64,000 bases of DNA, from NCBI RefSeq assembly GCF_964355755.1, contig NC_092680.1:21709045-21773044 (forward strand), written 5' to 3'. Shown here piece after piece: positions 29,725 to 44,000 of this stretch. Numbering within the stretch: the stretch's first letter is position 1; every line of letters begins with the position of its first letter. A program made the translations under genes and the position numbers. The notes beneath the pieces were generated by a model that was not told the origin of the DNA, did no database searches, and was given only the letters and a program-made list of their open reading frames with translations. This DNA comes from Antedon mediterranea (taxonomy: Eukaryota > Animalia > Echinodermata).

Positions 29725-32700
29725 ATGCCAGCCAAGAAAAGAAAGAATACAGAAAAGATTACCAAGGAAGAAGTTGTTAAACCCAAGCAAACTAAAACTA
29801 ATAAAGGTATTTTAAAAGCCATATATTTTTTTTTCAAATAATGTCTTTATTATTTTTTTTTTATTACTGTCTAAGTTTTATGTGTTGATTTGAATTGTAG
29901 TTTTATAGAGATCAGTGGTTTTAATGACTAGAAATATTTATTGATTGAATTAATGAACATTTTATTTATTAGTGAGCCATCCATCACATAGAGTTGAACC
30001 AGGTGTGGTTTTAACCATTGGGCAAGGAGATGTTGGTCAGTTAGGCCTAGGTGAAGACATAAATGAAAAGAAGAAGCCAGGTTTAGTGGTGTTTCCAGCA
30101 GAAGCCCAGGGTAATATAGTACAGGTGGTTGCTGGTGGCATGCATACAGTTTGTCTCACATCAAGTGGAAAGGTAAGTCCATGCTTTTGATTTATTGTTG
30201 CTCATCTTACGATATTTTATGGATTATTTTTTTGTTTAAAACGCTTAGAAACATTGTATTAGGTGAAAAAATATATTATTAATGGTTTATAAATCCAAAG
30301 GCAAATTACTTAAAAAATGACAATGCTCTAGGTATCAGTCGCTGGATCTCAATAGAGATACAAAATAAAATAAGCACTGAAAAAATGACAATGCTGTGGG
30401 TATCAGTGGCTGGATCTCAACAGAGATACAAAAAAAGCGAAAAGCTAAATCTAAACGATAAAGTAAAACAGCCAGAAAAATTAATGGTTTATATACATAC
30501 ACTGCTTTAAAACACAGTATTTCCAACCAGCTGATTTTAACCACTTGTTTTCTCAATGCACTCTTTAGTTTCCTCAGCTCATAACGATACTCTTTTAATT
30601 ATGCATTTAATTTGAATAATTTTAGGTTTTTACATTTGGTTGCAATGACGATGGTGCTCTTGGTCGGGATACGACGGTGGAAGGGTCAGAGTTTGAAGTA
30701 CGAGAAGTTGAGAATTTGAATGTAAGGGTTGTACAAATAAGTGCTGGTGATTCACACACAGCTGCTCTCACAGATGATGGTATAGTCTACATTTGGGGTT
30801 CATTTAGGGTAAGGCATCTATTTTTTTCCAATGATTGCTAAAATCATGACTGTAAATAGTTACATTCTACATTCCTGCCCAACAAATTTGACCCACACCC
30901 TAAAGATTACCCCACCCTAGAAAGTCATAAATGTCATTATCTTTCTATTGTGTTTTGTCACATGTTCTTTGTGTGAAGTTAAATGTTATTGTGCTGCAAA
31001 ATTAACACATTTGTAATGGATAAGATAGCTTTAGTTTGTAATGGATAAGATAGCTTTAGTTTGTAATGGATAAGATAGCTTTTGTTTGTAATGGATAAGA
31101 TAGCTTTAGTTTGAACTAAGTTATATAACTACTATACAATACTAACAATGCAGCAACTAACAATTAAATAATTAATGATCAATATAACTTGTTTTCTCAA
31201 ATTGTAACTTAATGATATTCTTCTCAAATAATGAAAAATCTAGAAGAAATGTTGGATTACTAACAAAATTATATGACAACATAAAGCAGTGATTTTATAT
31301 GACAACATAAAGCAGTGCAATGCTAGCGCATCAATACAAATTTTCAACAAATCATCAAAATAGTCATTTTTAAATAATATTTATCGCATAACATACAATC
31401 TACAATAATTTAATTAATTGATGTAAAAATCATTATACCCAATTTTTAACCCTTGTTATTTTTTTGCAGGATGGAATGGGTGTCATTGGATTAACGTTAA
31501 AGGGTGTAGTGAGGGAGCCCTTTCATTTACCATTAGATCATAAAATAGTTCAGATAGCATCTGGAAATGACCATCTATGCTTACTGACCGATAAAGGCAT
31601 GATATTCAGTATGGGCTGCGCTGACCAAGGCCAGTTAGGACGAGTTGCAGAATGTTTTTCATTGAGAGGCGGTCGTAAGGGTCTTGGTAAGTATCTGCTA
31701 TTAGAACTATGTCTCTTTTGCTACATTGCAGCTGGCTTTAAATGGCATAAAATTCATCATGCTTCTCTTGAGCATGGGATGCAAGGACAAGTAGGTTAAT
31801 AAACGACAGTTCAAATAATCTATCACTTGTGATTGGTCAGTTCAAATAATCTATCACTTGTGATTGGTCAGTCAAATCATTTATTGCGTTGCTTAGTGTG
31901 TGAAAAAGCAACCAAAGTTGTAAAATGTTTTCATGAATCTCTGTTCTACCACAACCAAATTAATTTCCTCAGAGTTCGGGATTTGAATTCTTGTATTAGG
32001 AGAATTTACATTTAGAGTAAATATCATTTATACAAAATGACACGTCATTTTCTTTTTTATTCCACTAGGTTTAGTTTTGAGTCCAACACAAATTCGTTTC
32101 AAGCCAATACGAGGGTCTGGACCACCGGTATTCAGTAATGTGTGGTGTTCTTCGTACTGTACCTTCGCAAGCACTAACGAGGGCGACGTTTATGGATGGG
32201 GATTAAATAATTATCACCATCTTGGAATCAAAGACACTAGGACGTGGTTTGTACCTCAGAAGGTGAAAGGTTTCTCCAATATTGAAGTTGAATGGATTTG
32301 TGGTGGCCAGCATCACACTGTACTTCTTGATACTAAAGGTTAGTAATAGTAAAATAATAGTTCGTTTTTATAGCAGTGATGACAGCTAAGATAACAACAT
32401 GCGGGCAAACAAAAAAATCATAGATTCTTGAAACTCTTTTGATATACAGTTTCCTTTTAATCATAATTTTCTCAAAATACACTTTTTATCAAATACTTGT
32501 TAGCATCAATGACAAATTAAATGTGTCAAAAATAAACTACTGATAACAAATTCTTTTTAAAAATGTAATAATATTTGTTTATTTTGTCCTTTTAGGTAAA
32601 GTTTATTCTCTAGGTAGGATTGATTATGGACGACTGGGACTTGGAGGAAACGTTGAAGAGTCACACGTTCCACGAATGTTGGAAAAAATAAAAAAGAGCA

Positions 32701-33043
32701 ACGTGACAAGTGTTGACTGTGGAGCTAGCATGAGCATAGCATCAACTAAAGAAGGTATGGACAATATTTTAGCTTTTCCTCTCAAATTAAGAAACTTAGA
32801 AAATTAGAATTGTATCGTGCTACTACAGTACTACTTTAGAATATTGAGGTGACAATAAATGATGCATTTTTTGCAGGCGAGGTTTACTCATGGGGAATGG
32901 GGAGCAGTTTACAACTTGGAACGGGAGAAGAAGATGATGAACTAACGCCTGTACTTATTAAATCCAAACAACTCGAAAATCGTAAAGCTATTATGGTATC
33001 AGCGGGAGGACAACATACTGTTATACTAGCAAAGGACAAGTGA
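29725..33043 (+). CDS. RCC1: Regulator of chromosome condensation 1 (Ran GEF), 7 exons
   Basis: [10 protein letters not shown] tail; [80 protein letters not shown]. Confidence 0.96.
31009..31112. repeat. ~27-bp tandem repeat, 4 copies
   Basis: tttgtaatggataagatagctttag repeated. Confidence 0.9.
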
Positions 33044-33146
33044 ACTACACATCGCAATTGACAAATAAGAACACAACTGACCTTCAAAATAACTTACCCT
33101 GAAGGCGAAGTGGTCAATAATACCCATAAAGAATAATACAATGTAA

Positions 33147-33285
33147 AGCTCTGTCTACACTATCAAACTTTATGTTACAAAAAAATGTGATAAGCCCATA
33201 TATGGACTTGATGATGTCATATCACTACCATATTTGGGCACATCACACTTTTTGTCAAACAAGTTTGATAGTGTAAGACAGAGCT
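33147..33285. mobile_element. MITE family A in the RCC1 3' region
   Basis: Family TIRs; TAA TSD. Confidence 0.87.
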
Positions 33286-33480
33286 TAATATATTATATAT
33301 ATTTATGATCTTCTATGCAAAATGATACCTGACATGAAACCTAGTAGTAGTCTTAATGGTAGAACTCCATTGCCAATGAGTACAGTAGTCCATGGATTTA
33401 CCCTTGTATAAATGCTAACATTAACTTTCATTTGACATAATTCACAATCTATGAAATGATTTGGAATTACGACTTCAATT

Positions 33481-33620
33481 TATAGCTATTTTACATCTGT
33501 GAAATGTTATACTTATTATGTTGTTGTATAGCTATTTTACATCTGTGAAATGTTATACTTATTATGTTGTTGTATAGCTATTTTACATCTGTGAAATGTT
33601 ATACTTATTATGTTGTTGTA
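33481..33620. repeat. 46-bp tandem repeat, 3 copies
   Basis: tatagctattttacatctgtgaaatgttatacttattatgttgttg x3. Confidence 0.92.
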
Positions 33621-35045
33621 AACCTGTTTTTAAAACATAAGGAAATAGAAACAAAAAAGGCTGTATGAATGAATAGGAATTGTAAAAAAAAGGACTCGTG
33701 TAAATTTTCAAAACTTTTAAATGCTGTTGTATTTAATGCATGTTTAGCATGAGACAGAGGAATGCATATTTCAAATTTGATATGAATCGAATGAGATGGT
33801 TGGTGTGAATGTAATGATGAGAGATTGAATGATGGGTAAATTGAGGTATCTCACTTTCCACTCATTTATGAACCTAATAGATAGAGCATTAATTGTTTTA
33901 TGTGAAGCAGAATTAAACTAAATGTCAACATGAAATGTCTACCAAAAATGAGCATTTCTTATTTTTATAAATATAAACGTTGATTCATTCAAGTGTAGAT
34001 TAATTAGAAATATTTTTTAACCAACCAGAATCGAAAGTTGTTTGTTTTACTGACATTTAATTTTCCAAATATGTTTTTTTTTATTGTAATGTATCTTATT
34101 ATTATTATTTTTTGTAAATGACTACCTTTTTCAATAAATACTGTATTTCAATAAATTAATTTGCCCGTCTCTCAACTCTATTTTTATCTTTCGCATTTCA
34201 CTAAAGATTATACCAGCCGATTTCAAAGGCATTTTTGGCGTTCCATATTATAACTTCTGCGCACAACAACATCAAACACTTCCGCGCTCCGCCGTCCGTC
34301 CTGTTGTTGATTCCTTTTTGCAGTGATTTCCTCTCTTTTCCTTTCATGTTTTTTTCCCATTGAAAGTCAATGAAAAGAAAGGTCATATGATAAGCTAATC
34401 TGCTCAGCAAGTTTTTTTGTGATTAAGGTGTAATTAATCATAAAGAGGTTTGTGTTAATTTTCTACTGAAAGTGACAGGCCAGCCTCGGCCATCGTCAGA
34501 TGACTGGTCACGGGATTAGATTCTCTTCCGACGTCCTCTAACTAGGCCTAGTTAGGCCTTATTAGCCTAGGCCTACCTGGGTAATACTAGATACTTAGCT
34601 AGGCTAGGCCAATTAACAGACACAGTGGGTTTACTTTTCTAGGTGGGTTGTAAAAGATTTTAGCCTAGGCTAGGCCGTGTTTATTTTGGAATCTATCTTA
34701 CACTAGGCTAGGGAGGTATAAAATTAAATTTTTTATACCTCCATCATGGTTTGAGAATAGAAAACCTGACATGCCATTTTTTTAGACCATACCGATTGAT
34801 ATTCGATAGTAAAACAATGGTATGGCCACTTTTAGTAAAGAAACTTGAAGACCAAGGCCCAGGCATGGAGTACTCCATGACCAAGGTAATAATGTGTAGT
34901 AACTGTTTATTAAGCTTTTTTTTTATTTATACTGCCTATTTCAGTTAAAACTAAAAGTAAACAATTTTGAAATCGTTTTGATGACGGCTCTAACTTTTCA
35001 AAGATGTTACATTCATAAATTGTTGATTCATATTTTAGTAATACC

Positions 35046-38000
35046 ATGGCTGACTTTCTAGCTGAAAACAATGCCTGCGGGCAAATTATTGTGAAGTTGG
35101 TTTCCCGTGGAAATGCAATCATTGCTGAGTTGTTGCGACTGGCAGACTTTATTCCACCTGTGTTCCGTTTGGAAACTAAGCATGATCAAATGAAGTACTC
35201 AGAAATCTTGTTTGATTTTAACTATTTCAAAGCCTCTGATTATTATGATAACAAGATTGATGCAAAGCCAGTAAGATTCTTATATTTTACTAAAATACTT
35301 ACTTAAAATGTAATCTATAATTTGTTAAAATGAACACATGATTAGTTGTACTGTAAGTTGGATGCTCGGCCAATTTATTACCTCAGAAAAAATGGTGAAC
35401 CACTCCATATGTGTAACCAAATTCAGTTCCAGATAGTTTAATTTATGACAATTACAAAAGATACAGTAGGTAACATTTTTGTTTGTAATTGTAATTTTTT
35501 TTCTCTCTCTCATCAGGAATTGCAGGATATAGATGAGGAATTCCGTGAAAATAATATTGATATATTGCGAAGATTTTATCTAGCATTTGAAAGCATTCAC
35601 AAATACATTTCAGATTTAAACAGGTTTACAGGATTTTGTTGTTTGTTTATTTGTATTTAAGTTTCCATGTATTGAAAGTTTTCAAGAAACATAGAATAAG
35701 TATAAAACCTAAAACATACTAATAAAATATAACAAATGACTCAAAGCTGAAATCTCTAATGTTGAAAGCAATTATGAAAATCAGTTTTTGTATAAGCAAT
35801 TGCTTGTAGCTTTTTGAAAAAAAATATGCAAAATAAAACCAATTTTTTAATGTCCGTTATCCTTTCAGATTTTTAGACGATTTAGATGAAGGCGTGTTCA
35901 TTCAACAAACACTTGAAAGTGTATTATTAAATGAAGATGGCAAACAACTTTTGGTAAATATATTAAATGTTAATATATTGATTGTAATCGTGTGTGAACT
36001 TTAAACCCAGTTCATCATTTTCGAGGCGTGTAGGGTGTTACCCCGGTGAACTGGTTCACAAAACAGTCCCTGTAACACCACCTACTGTATCTAATAGGAC
36101 AGTGATTAATTTACTTCGTCTGAAGCCATGAAAAAAAAATAAATAAAAATTTAAAAAAAAATAATATTGTATAATAATAATAATAATATTTTTTTATACA
36201 CATAGTCAATAAGCAGACCATTGAAATAAGCAAAGTATTGATTTGTACAGTATTTGTATTGTTTGTAGTGTGAAGCCCTGTACCTGTATGGTGTGATGCT
36301 TATTCTAGTAGACATGAGAATAGAAGGTATCGTTAGAGAGAGAATGCTGGTGTCTTATCATCGCTACAGGTAAGTTGACTCGCTTGGTTTCTTCACAATA
36401 GTACACAGGCAGAGGATCCCATACACGTTGCACACAGACACATGTTTCAACATCATCATCATCAAGCAGACGTATCTGAGATGAAGTTCACAATGCAACA
36501 CGACAGTCATTTGTTTATCTTCTGATTTGGTAGTGAATAAATTGACTGGTGTCTCTTGCAACACAGTCAACATACAGTAGTTCATTGGTCTTCTTCCCCA
36601 GATAGCGAGAAATCTACCTGTCCAAAGTAGGTAAGATTGACCATAAAGATTAGGCTAGCTTATTATATATTTTTATTTAACTCATTTACAGTGCTGCACG
36701 TGCTGCAGTTGATTCCAACATGGATGATGTTTGCAAGCTACTAAGAAGTACTGGCTTCTCAACTCATCCAAACGCTAAGAGAGTACCTAACTATCCAGAG
36801 TCATACTTCAGGTAAACTATACTTAAGTTGACCAACTTAATATATACCATTCATGAAGTCATAAGATGTACTTGGTTCTCAACTCATCCAAATGCAAAGA
36901 GTCATACTTCAACTAAGCACTTACACAGACCAACTTAAATACTATTTACAAAGTTAGAAATCTAATTCACTTATCTGGGTTACTGGAAAAGAAAATCGTT
37001 CATAAAAATCCTTTTTTTTTTTCAGTCGAATACCAGTTAACAAGATGTTTGTAAACATGGTAATTGGTCGATTAAGGTCAGATGATATTTACAATCAGAT
37101 ATCCGCATACCCGCTACCGGAGCATCGTAGTACAGCTCTTGCAACCCAAGCGGCTATGCTGTACGTCATTCTTTATTTTGCTCCTGAAATATTGGCAACG
37201 CAACAATCGAAGATGCGAGAAATTGTTGATAAGCACTTTCCAGACAATTGGGTAATCATCTTCTTTTTTGCTCACCACGTTTTAATATAAATATATTTGT
37301 TGTTGCTAAAAACTTGTTTATACCTTCCTTGGCACTTTGCTATTTTTCACAAGCTGCCAGTCCTAGTTTGATTGTTGCTAATATACATAAGAGAAATGCT
37401 AGATGTAATTATTTAGATTATAATTTATCCTTGTTTGTATATAACTATAAATATGGACCTTGGTAGATTTTGTATATTTTGTTTTGCATTTTAAATTTTT
37501 GTATTTTGTATTTCAGGTGATTAGTATTTACATGGGGATTAGTGTAAATCTGATGGATGCCTGGATGCCATATAAGGCAGCGTATACTGCACTCACTAAT
37601 ACAGTTGATCCGACTAACATCAAAGAGCTGGTAAGTATACTTCTTGTCAGTTTTCCCCAAAACAATGGGGAACAAAGCATTATATTTCTATACCAATGTA
37701 TAATCAAATTTACTACACATTTTAAGGTATACTCTTTGAAGGCCTACATCTTCAATAAATACTATGTAGGTGGTCTATCGCTGCTTTTACATGTTTTTTC
37801 ACTTCAACAGCAAACAATCATGAAGCCTTTTTTTTATGAACAGTGAATGTCCACTACAACCAATATCAATAACTAAAAATAATTCATTTAAATTGGACAC
37901 TACTTAAATTTTACAAATGTATATATGTATATATTTGTCATTTTAGAGCAATCGATATGATGAGCGTATACGTAAAGTGCGTAAAGCAACCAAACATTAT

Positions 38001-41000
38001 CTGACGGAGGGCTCATTGACGGAGGAGTATGTACTTGATAACATACCTAAGTTAATGAACTGTCTTCGTGAATGTAATGTGACCATGCGATGGCTAATGC
38101 TGCACACGGCTGAGGGATGTATGTATTATCTTTTATACTGCTTTTTCAAAACTCACAACATTATTTTTGATTTTGTTAATTCAACTTCCCAATATAAAAG
38201 CAAAATGATAGATATAGTTACTTTGTTACCAAACTAGAATTCTAATAAATCCATAACCATAACCATGATGTATTTCAATTTAATTTTTACTTTAGTTTGA
38301 GCAATCAATTAAATATATTTTTGTGTTTAAAATTAGGAGAGTGAGTCTTGTTCAATTCTAAATTTATTTTTACTTTAGCATGGGACACGAATAAGAAGTG
38401 TTTTAAAGTGAGAGAGCAAGTCCTGTTTGATTCTAAGTTTAATCATCAACAACTATTTGAACTGCTTCTTGATACGGCTCAACTTGAATTTAAATTAAAA
38501 GAGGTTAGTTACTGCTTTATGCTTGATAATTTGTTATCTTTATTTACTTAACTTATATGTAAAACACTTTGTCAAGGATTATTAGTGTAATGTGGGCCAA
38601 CCATACATAAGACAGAATACATAGATCAGGGAGTTGTAACAACTCCCTGCATAGACTAGTATGTAGTAGCCGCAACAGTGAAAGGTATGGTGAAAAATAA
38701 CCAATTAAACTTTGTTTTAGATGTTTAAGAAAATGCTGAATGAGAAGCAGGAGAAGTGGGAGGATTACCAAAAAGAAGGAAGAGAAAGAATGGAAGAACT
38801 TGGAGATGTGTTCTCAGGAACTAAGCCACTTACCAGGATTGCCAGGAACGGTATGACCTGCTTCCATCTATGCATTTAAATATATTTATTATTTATTTAT
38901 TTTTTTATTTATTTCATACACATCCAGTTAGCACAAACTCAACTATTACAGGATGGATAAACTTGGATAAAAGTGTACAACATAAAAATAAAATATAAAA
39001 AATGTGCACATGATACAATACGATATTATATATTGTCATTTTATGGTATAAATGAAATCTAGTTGGTTGGTTTACATTTTGATTTACACACAATATACAA
39101 TGAAGGATTGGGAAAACAACAACATTAATCCTGATCATTGCTTTCTATTCATCAATGGGATCACACATGGAATTACTTACTTTATAATCCTGATCATTGA
39201 TCATCCTAATCATTGCTTTCTATTCATCAATAGGATCACACATGGAATTACTTACTTTATAATCCTGATCATTGATCATCCTGATCATTGATCATCCTGA
39301 TCATTGATCATCCTGATCATTGCTTTCTATTCATCAATGGGATCACACATGGAATTACTTACTTTATAATCCTGATCATTGATCATCCTGATCATTGCTT
39401 TCTATTCATCAATGGGATCACACATGGAATTACTTACTTTATAATTTTTAGTGGAATAATAATAATGTTCAATTTAATATAGCACAATAGCGCTGAACAA
39501 TCAACAGAAAGAAGAAAAAAATACCAAAAAATTAATGTTGAAAGTACAAATTAAAAAGGCGGGATTTGAGGAGTTGTTTGAATGTCACATTGTGGCGAAT
39601 GATTCATGTATGTCTATGTAAAGAAAAGACAATGAGTTCATTTTCAGTGAAAGTAACAAGTTTTAGGATCGATTTTGTTGCTACTTTAGATAATCTTAAG
39701 ATGTGGTTTAGTGAGATGGCAAAACAGATTGGATCGTTGGATTACGATGACTCAACATCAGCTGGACGGAAAATTATTCAACTCATTCAAGCTCTCGAAG
39801 AGGTACATATGAAGACATTATTATTGTGATGATATTTTTATAAAAGGCTTAACAGTTACCTACTGCTGTTATAGCAAAATAGGTTTTATATAATAGATAG
39901 TGGATTATGCTTTTTAAACTCTACTGTGTATGTTGGTAAATTGAAATTGAGAAGTAAAACTGGTGTATAACAAGCAATTTAAATTGGAGTCCATTGGAAA
40001 TAAGCTGTTTCAACATTATGGGTCATCATGGTAAGGTTTTCATGTTTACTGAATAAAACAAATTAACTTATTTCAGGTTCAAGAGTTCCACCAGTTAGAA
40101 GCCAACCTACAGGTGCGTCAATTCCTGGCTGAGACGCGGACGTACCTTCACCAGATGATTCGCACCATCAACATCAAAGAAGAGGTTTTGATCACAATGC
40201 AGATTGTAGCTGATTTGTCGTACGCATGGGAGTTGATTGATAGGTACACAAACTACATGCAGGCTGGAATTAAGAGCAATCCAGCTCTTGTCACTAAGCT
40301 CAGGGCAACATTCTTAAAGGTTTTTAATTGTTATTTTTAAAGTTTATTTTAGCCGTATAATATTACAACCAACTATACATATTATCTTTGTTATTATATT
40401 AATGATATATTGTCCAACAAAAACATGAAAAAATGAAGATTAATAAAATCAGACTTTAAATAGGCCATTTTGCAGTTTTAATAAAGTTATTCAAAACAAA
40501 ACAAAATAATTATTTCACTTAAAAAGACAAACGAAACCTTTAAACGAAATCATTTAATTTCCAGCTTGCGTCAGCTCTTGATCTGCCACTGCTCCGTATC
40601 AATCAAGCACAAAGTCCTGACCTTGTTAGTGTATCTCAGTACTACTCAGGTGAACTCGTTTCATACGTACGTAAAGTGCTTCAGATTATACCACGTACCA
40701 TGTTTAGTCTGTTATCCCAGATCATCCAACTACAGACCAATTCAATTAAAGAGGTTCCAACAAGGCTAGAGAAAGATAAACTTAGAGACTTTGCACAGCT
40801 TGATCTTAGATATGAAGTAAGTCAATTTTAGTTTTTGCATTCATCCATCTTTTTATCCATGATCATACAAATGGTGAAAATCTGTAATTAGGACAAGTAT
40901 CAAAAGCTACTACTGTACCTTATTGCTAAAATCATATCAACAATTTGATATTGTATATGAATTACAAAACTTTGTTAAATCCATTGTTGATTCAATCCGA

Positions 41001-44000
41001 GTAAAATCCCATCCTTTGATTTTGTCCAAATTCCATGCCCAGAAATGCCGCATGGACTATACAATTTAACTTATCGCCACTGACTCTCAGTAGAACTTGA
41101 ACCCTGATTTTGTACTTTGTACTAACAATGTAAGTCTTTGTTTAGGTTGCCCGCTTAACTCATTCCATATCCGTGTTCACTGAGGGCATACTGATGATGA
41201 AGACCACACTAGTTGGAATTATCAAGGTAATCAGTCATTAATAGTTATTTATTGAGATTATTATTAAACAAGAACTTTATGATTATCAAGCCTTAATATT
41301 TACTTTACATATTTTTATCTCATTGAATATCTTTCTTTTTGTTGAATGTACAAAAAATAAATAACAAATATGCTTGGTTACATTTTAGTAACTTTTATTA
41401 CTTACTTGATACTATAATACAGTACATGTATCTTATTTTTAAGTTTCACATCATTAACAAATTAAAGTAAATCACTAATTATTCTCATACAAAACTGTGT
41501 TTTCATCATCAGTTGTATTCAATTCAATTTCTTTTTATTTCGGAAATATCATCCATATTAATAAACTTATAAACAGAAAAATCTCTAAACTTAAGTATAT
41601 AGAATGCTTCTCCATCTGCAATACATTTTAGAGTTATGGAGCATATGTTTGCAAACACAAGCAACAAGGATGTTACCACTATTCAACATATGTTGAGTGT
41701 GCATATAGAAATTAATTGTTTTTCTGCTAGTTTGAAGTATATAAAATGTGTTATTAATAATTGTATATTTTTACATTGTTAGTATACCAGTTTGCTACAG
41801 CAACCCTTCTTGGTTGGTTAGAGATTATTGCAATTCCATAAGGAAGATTTAACCTACCATTATCTATTACCATTTTTATCAAATAACTGTACAGTAATTT
41901 GTGATTACTTGATACCAGTATGTTTTCCTCAGAATCTATGGCTACATAATGAGGACTATAAACATGACCATCTTTCTTACCACTGCCTACAAGAATTCTC
42001 ATAAATTCTCATTTGCATCAAACATTTGTATTCTGTGATTACTCAAGTCTGCAACAATTATGTTTCCTTCCTTTGTAAGAGTAACATCTTCAGGTTCATT
42101 CATTTCTTCTTCATTGCTACCGTATGAGGCTATTTTACAAAGAAGTTTGCCATTATCAACATTAAATTTAAACACACAGTGATGCTCACTATCTGCAACA
42201 TACATAGTTCTAGTGTTTTTATTCACTGTCAATCCACGAGGTTGTATGTTTTATAGTTCCTTGTCCAAATGTACAAATTTGTTGAAATTTATCATCATAC
42301 ATGACAACAGTTTTGTTCATTTTGTCAATATAAACGATTCGGCCATTATCTATTTGATGCATGCAAGAAACCTGTACATCTTCTGGTACCTCTATTTTAC
42401 CCATAAATAAATAATCTTGGTTAAACTTTAATACATCTTTACTCAAACTAGATACAATTAAATATCCATCATTAACTTTGTTATTCTTATCATGTATTTT
42501 AAGATATTGTATGTCATTAATGGTATGTACCAGTCATACTGCTTCTACCTTAATATTCATACTGGTCTCCTTTATTTTGTACTCTTCATTTCCTACGCAT
42601 TCCACTTCAGTGGCTGATTGTTTACCTGACTCGTTAATTAAAGTGACAGACAAGTGAGATGTCTCACTTTCTACTGATCTGGACATAACTTTCACTTCAA
42701 CAGACTCTCCTGTTACAGATCATGCCAGTTACTGCAGTAACTATTTTATTTACTGCAATCATTTTCGGATTGTTTCAATGTGAAGCATTCACTACAATAA
42801 ACAAGGTGCATGATTATTATCTTAAAAAGCTTTTGATAATTGCAATAATGTGACTAGGAGGAAAGGTTTGGTTCCTTAGTAAGTCATACCCAATATTAAA
42901 TTTAATGAATGGTTGTATGTTTAGATTGATCCAAAGCAACTTCTTGAAGATGGTATTAGGAAAGAGCTTGTAATGCAGGTTGCCTCAGCTCTGCACAGTG
43001 GTCTGACATTTAATGCTAAAAACAAGGTAAGTAAATTAAGTAAATATATTAGTTAGCGTTACTGATAAATTAAAATCAAATGTACTGTGGTTGAAATGTA
43101 CTAGATAGACATTTTCAAGATTTTTAATATTTAATAAAATAAAGTTCATAGATATATAAACAAGTGTATTTCCAAACTACCAACTAGATTTAATTATTTT
43201 ACATTGAAACCAGATGTAATTGTTCACATATTTAATGTTTGTTTCTTTGCAGAATGGTGATTTGATTACAAGACTGGGCGGCCTAGGAGCGAAGATGAAT
43301 GGATTTGTGAGGTCATTTGAATATATTCAGGATTATGTCAACATTTATGGACTCAAAATCTGGCATGAAGAAGTATCGCGCATAATTAATTACAATATTG
43401 AGCAAGAATGTAACAGCTTTCTGAGAACTAAGGTAAGAGTTGGTAGCCTGTACTATGTACATAATTTATTATGTTGCAATTCAACTGCAAGGAAATTAAG
43501 TTATGATTCTTGATGACGGCAACTTCCATTTTTATTCCTAATAATATACCAATAAGAAGTAGTAGCATGGTAATTGTTAATGTTGTAAGCCCAAAATAAT
43601 ATTTTAATTTGTGCAGGTCCATGACTGGGAGAGTGTGTATCAGTCTCCAACAATACCTATCCCAAGATTCCCTCCAGTTGATATTTCCATTAATTTTATG
43701 GGCAGACTTGTCAGAGAGATTCTACGGATGACTGACCCACTGTATGTATCCGATTAAGTTTTATTTTTTAAACACTTTAACTATTACTTGGCAAAATTCC
43801 AAGGTATTTGTTTTGCATGTTTATTATTTGCATCCTTTATTGATTTTCAAGAAATTTGGTAAATTTTATGAATATGAATAATTTTATAATGCCAATATTG
43901 GCTGAAATAATACTCAGTTTTTCATTTGACTTATTTTAAAGTAAAATGTGTATTAACATTCCACTGTGTATGGTTTAAAAGAAAAAATGATTTTAAAATG

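Noticed and set aside
39052-39482. Hydrophobic repeated ORFs resembling small membrane peptides
   Set aside because: Arise from an intronic compound minisatellite
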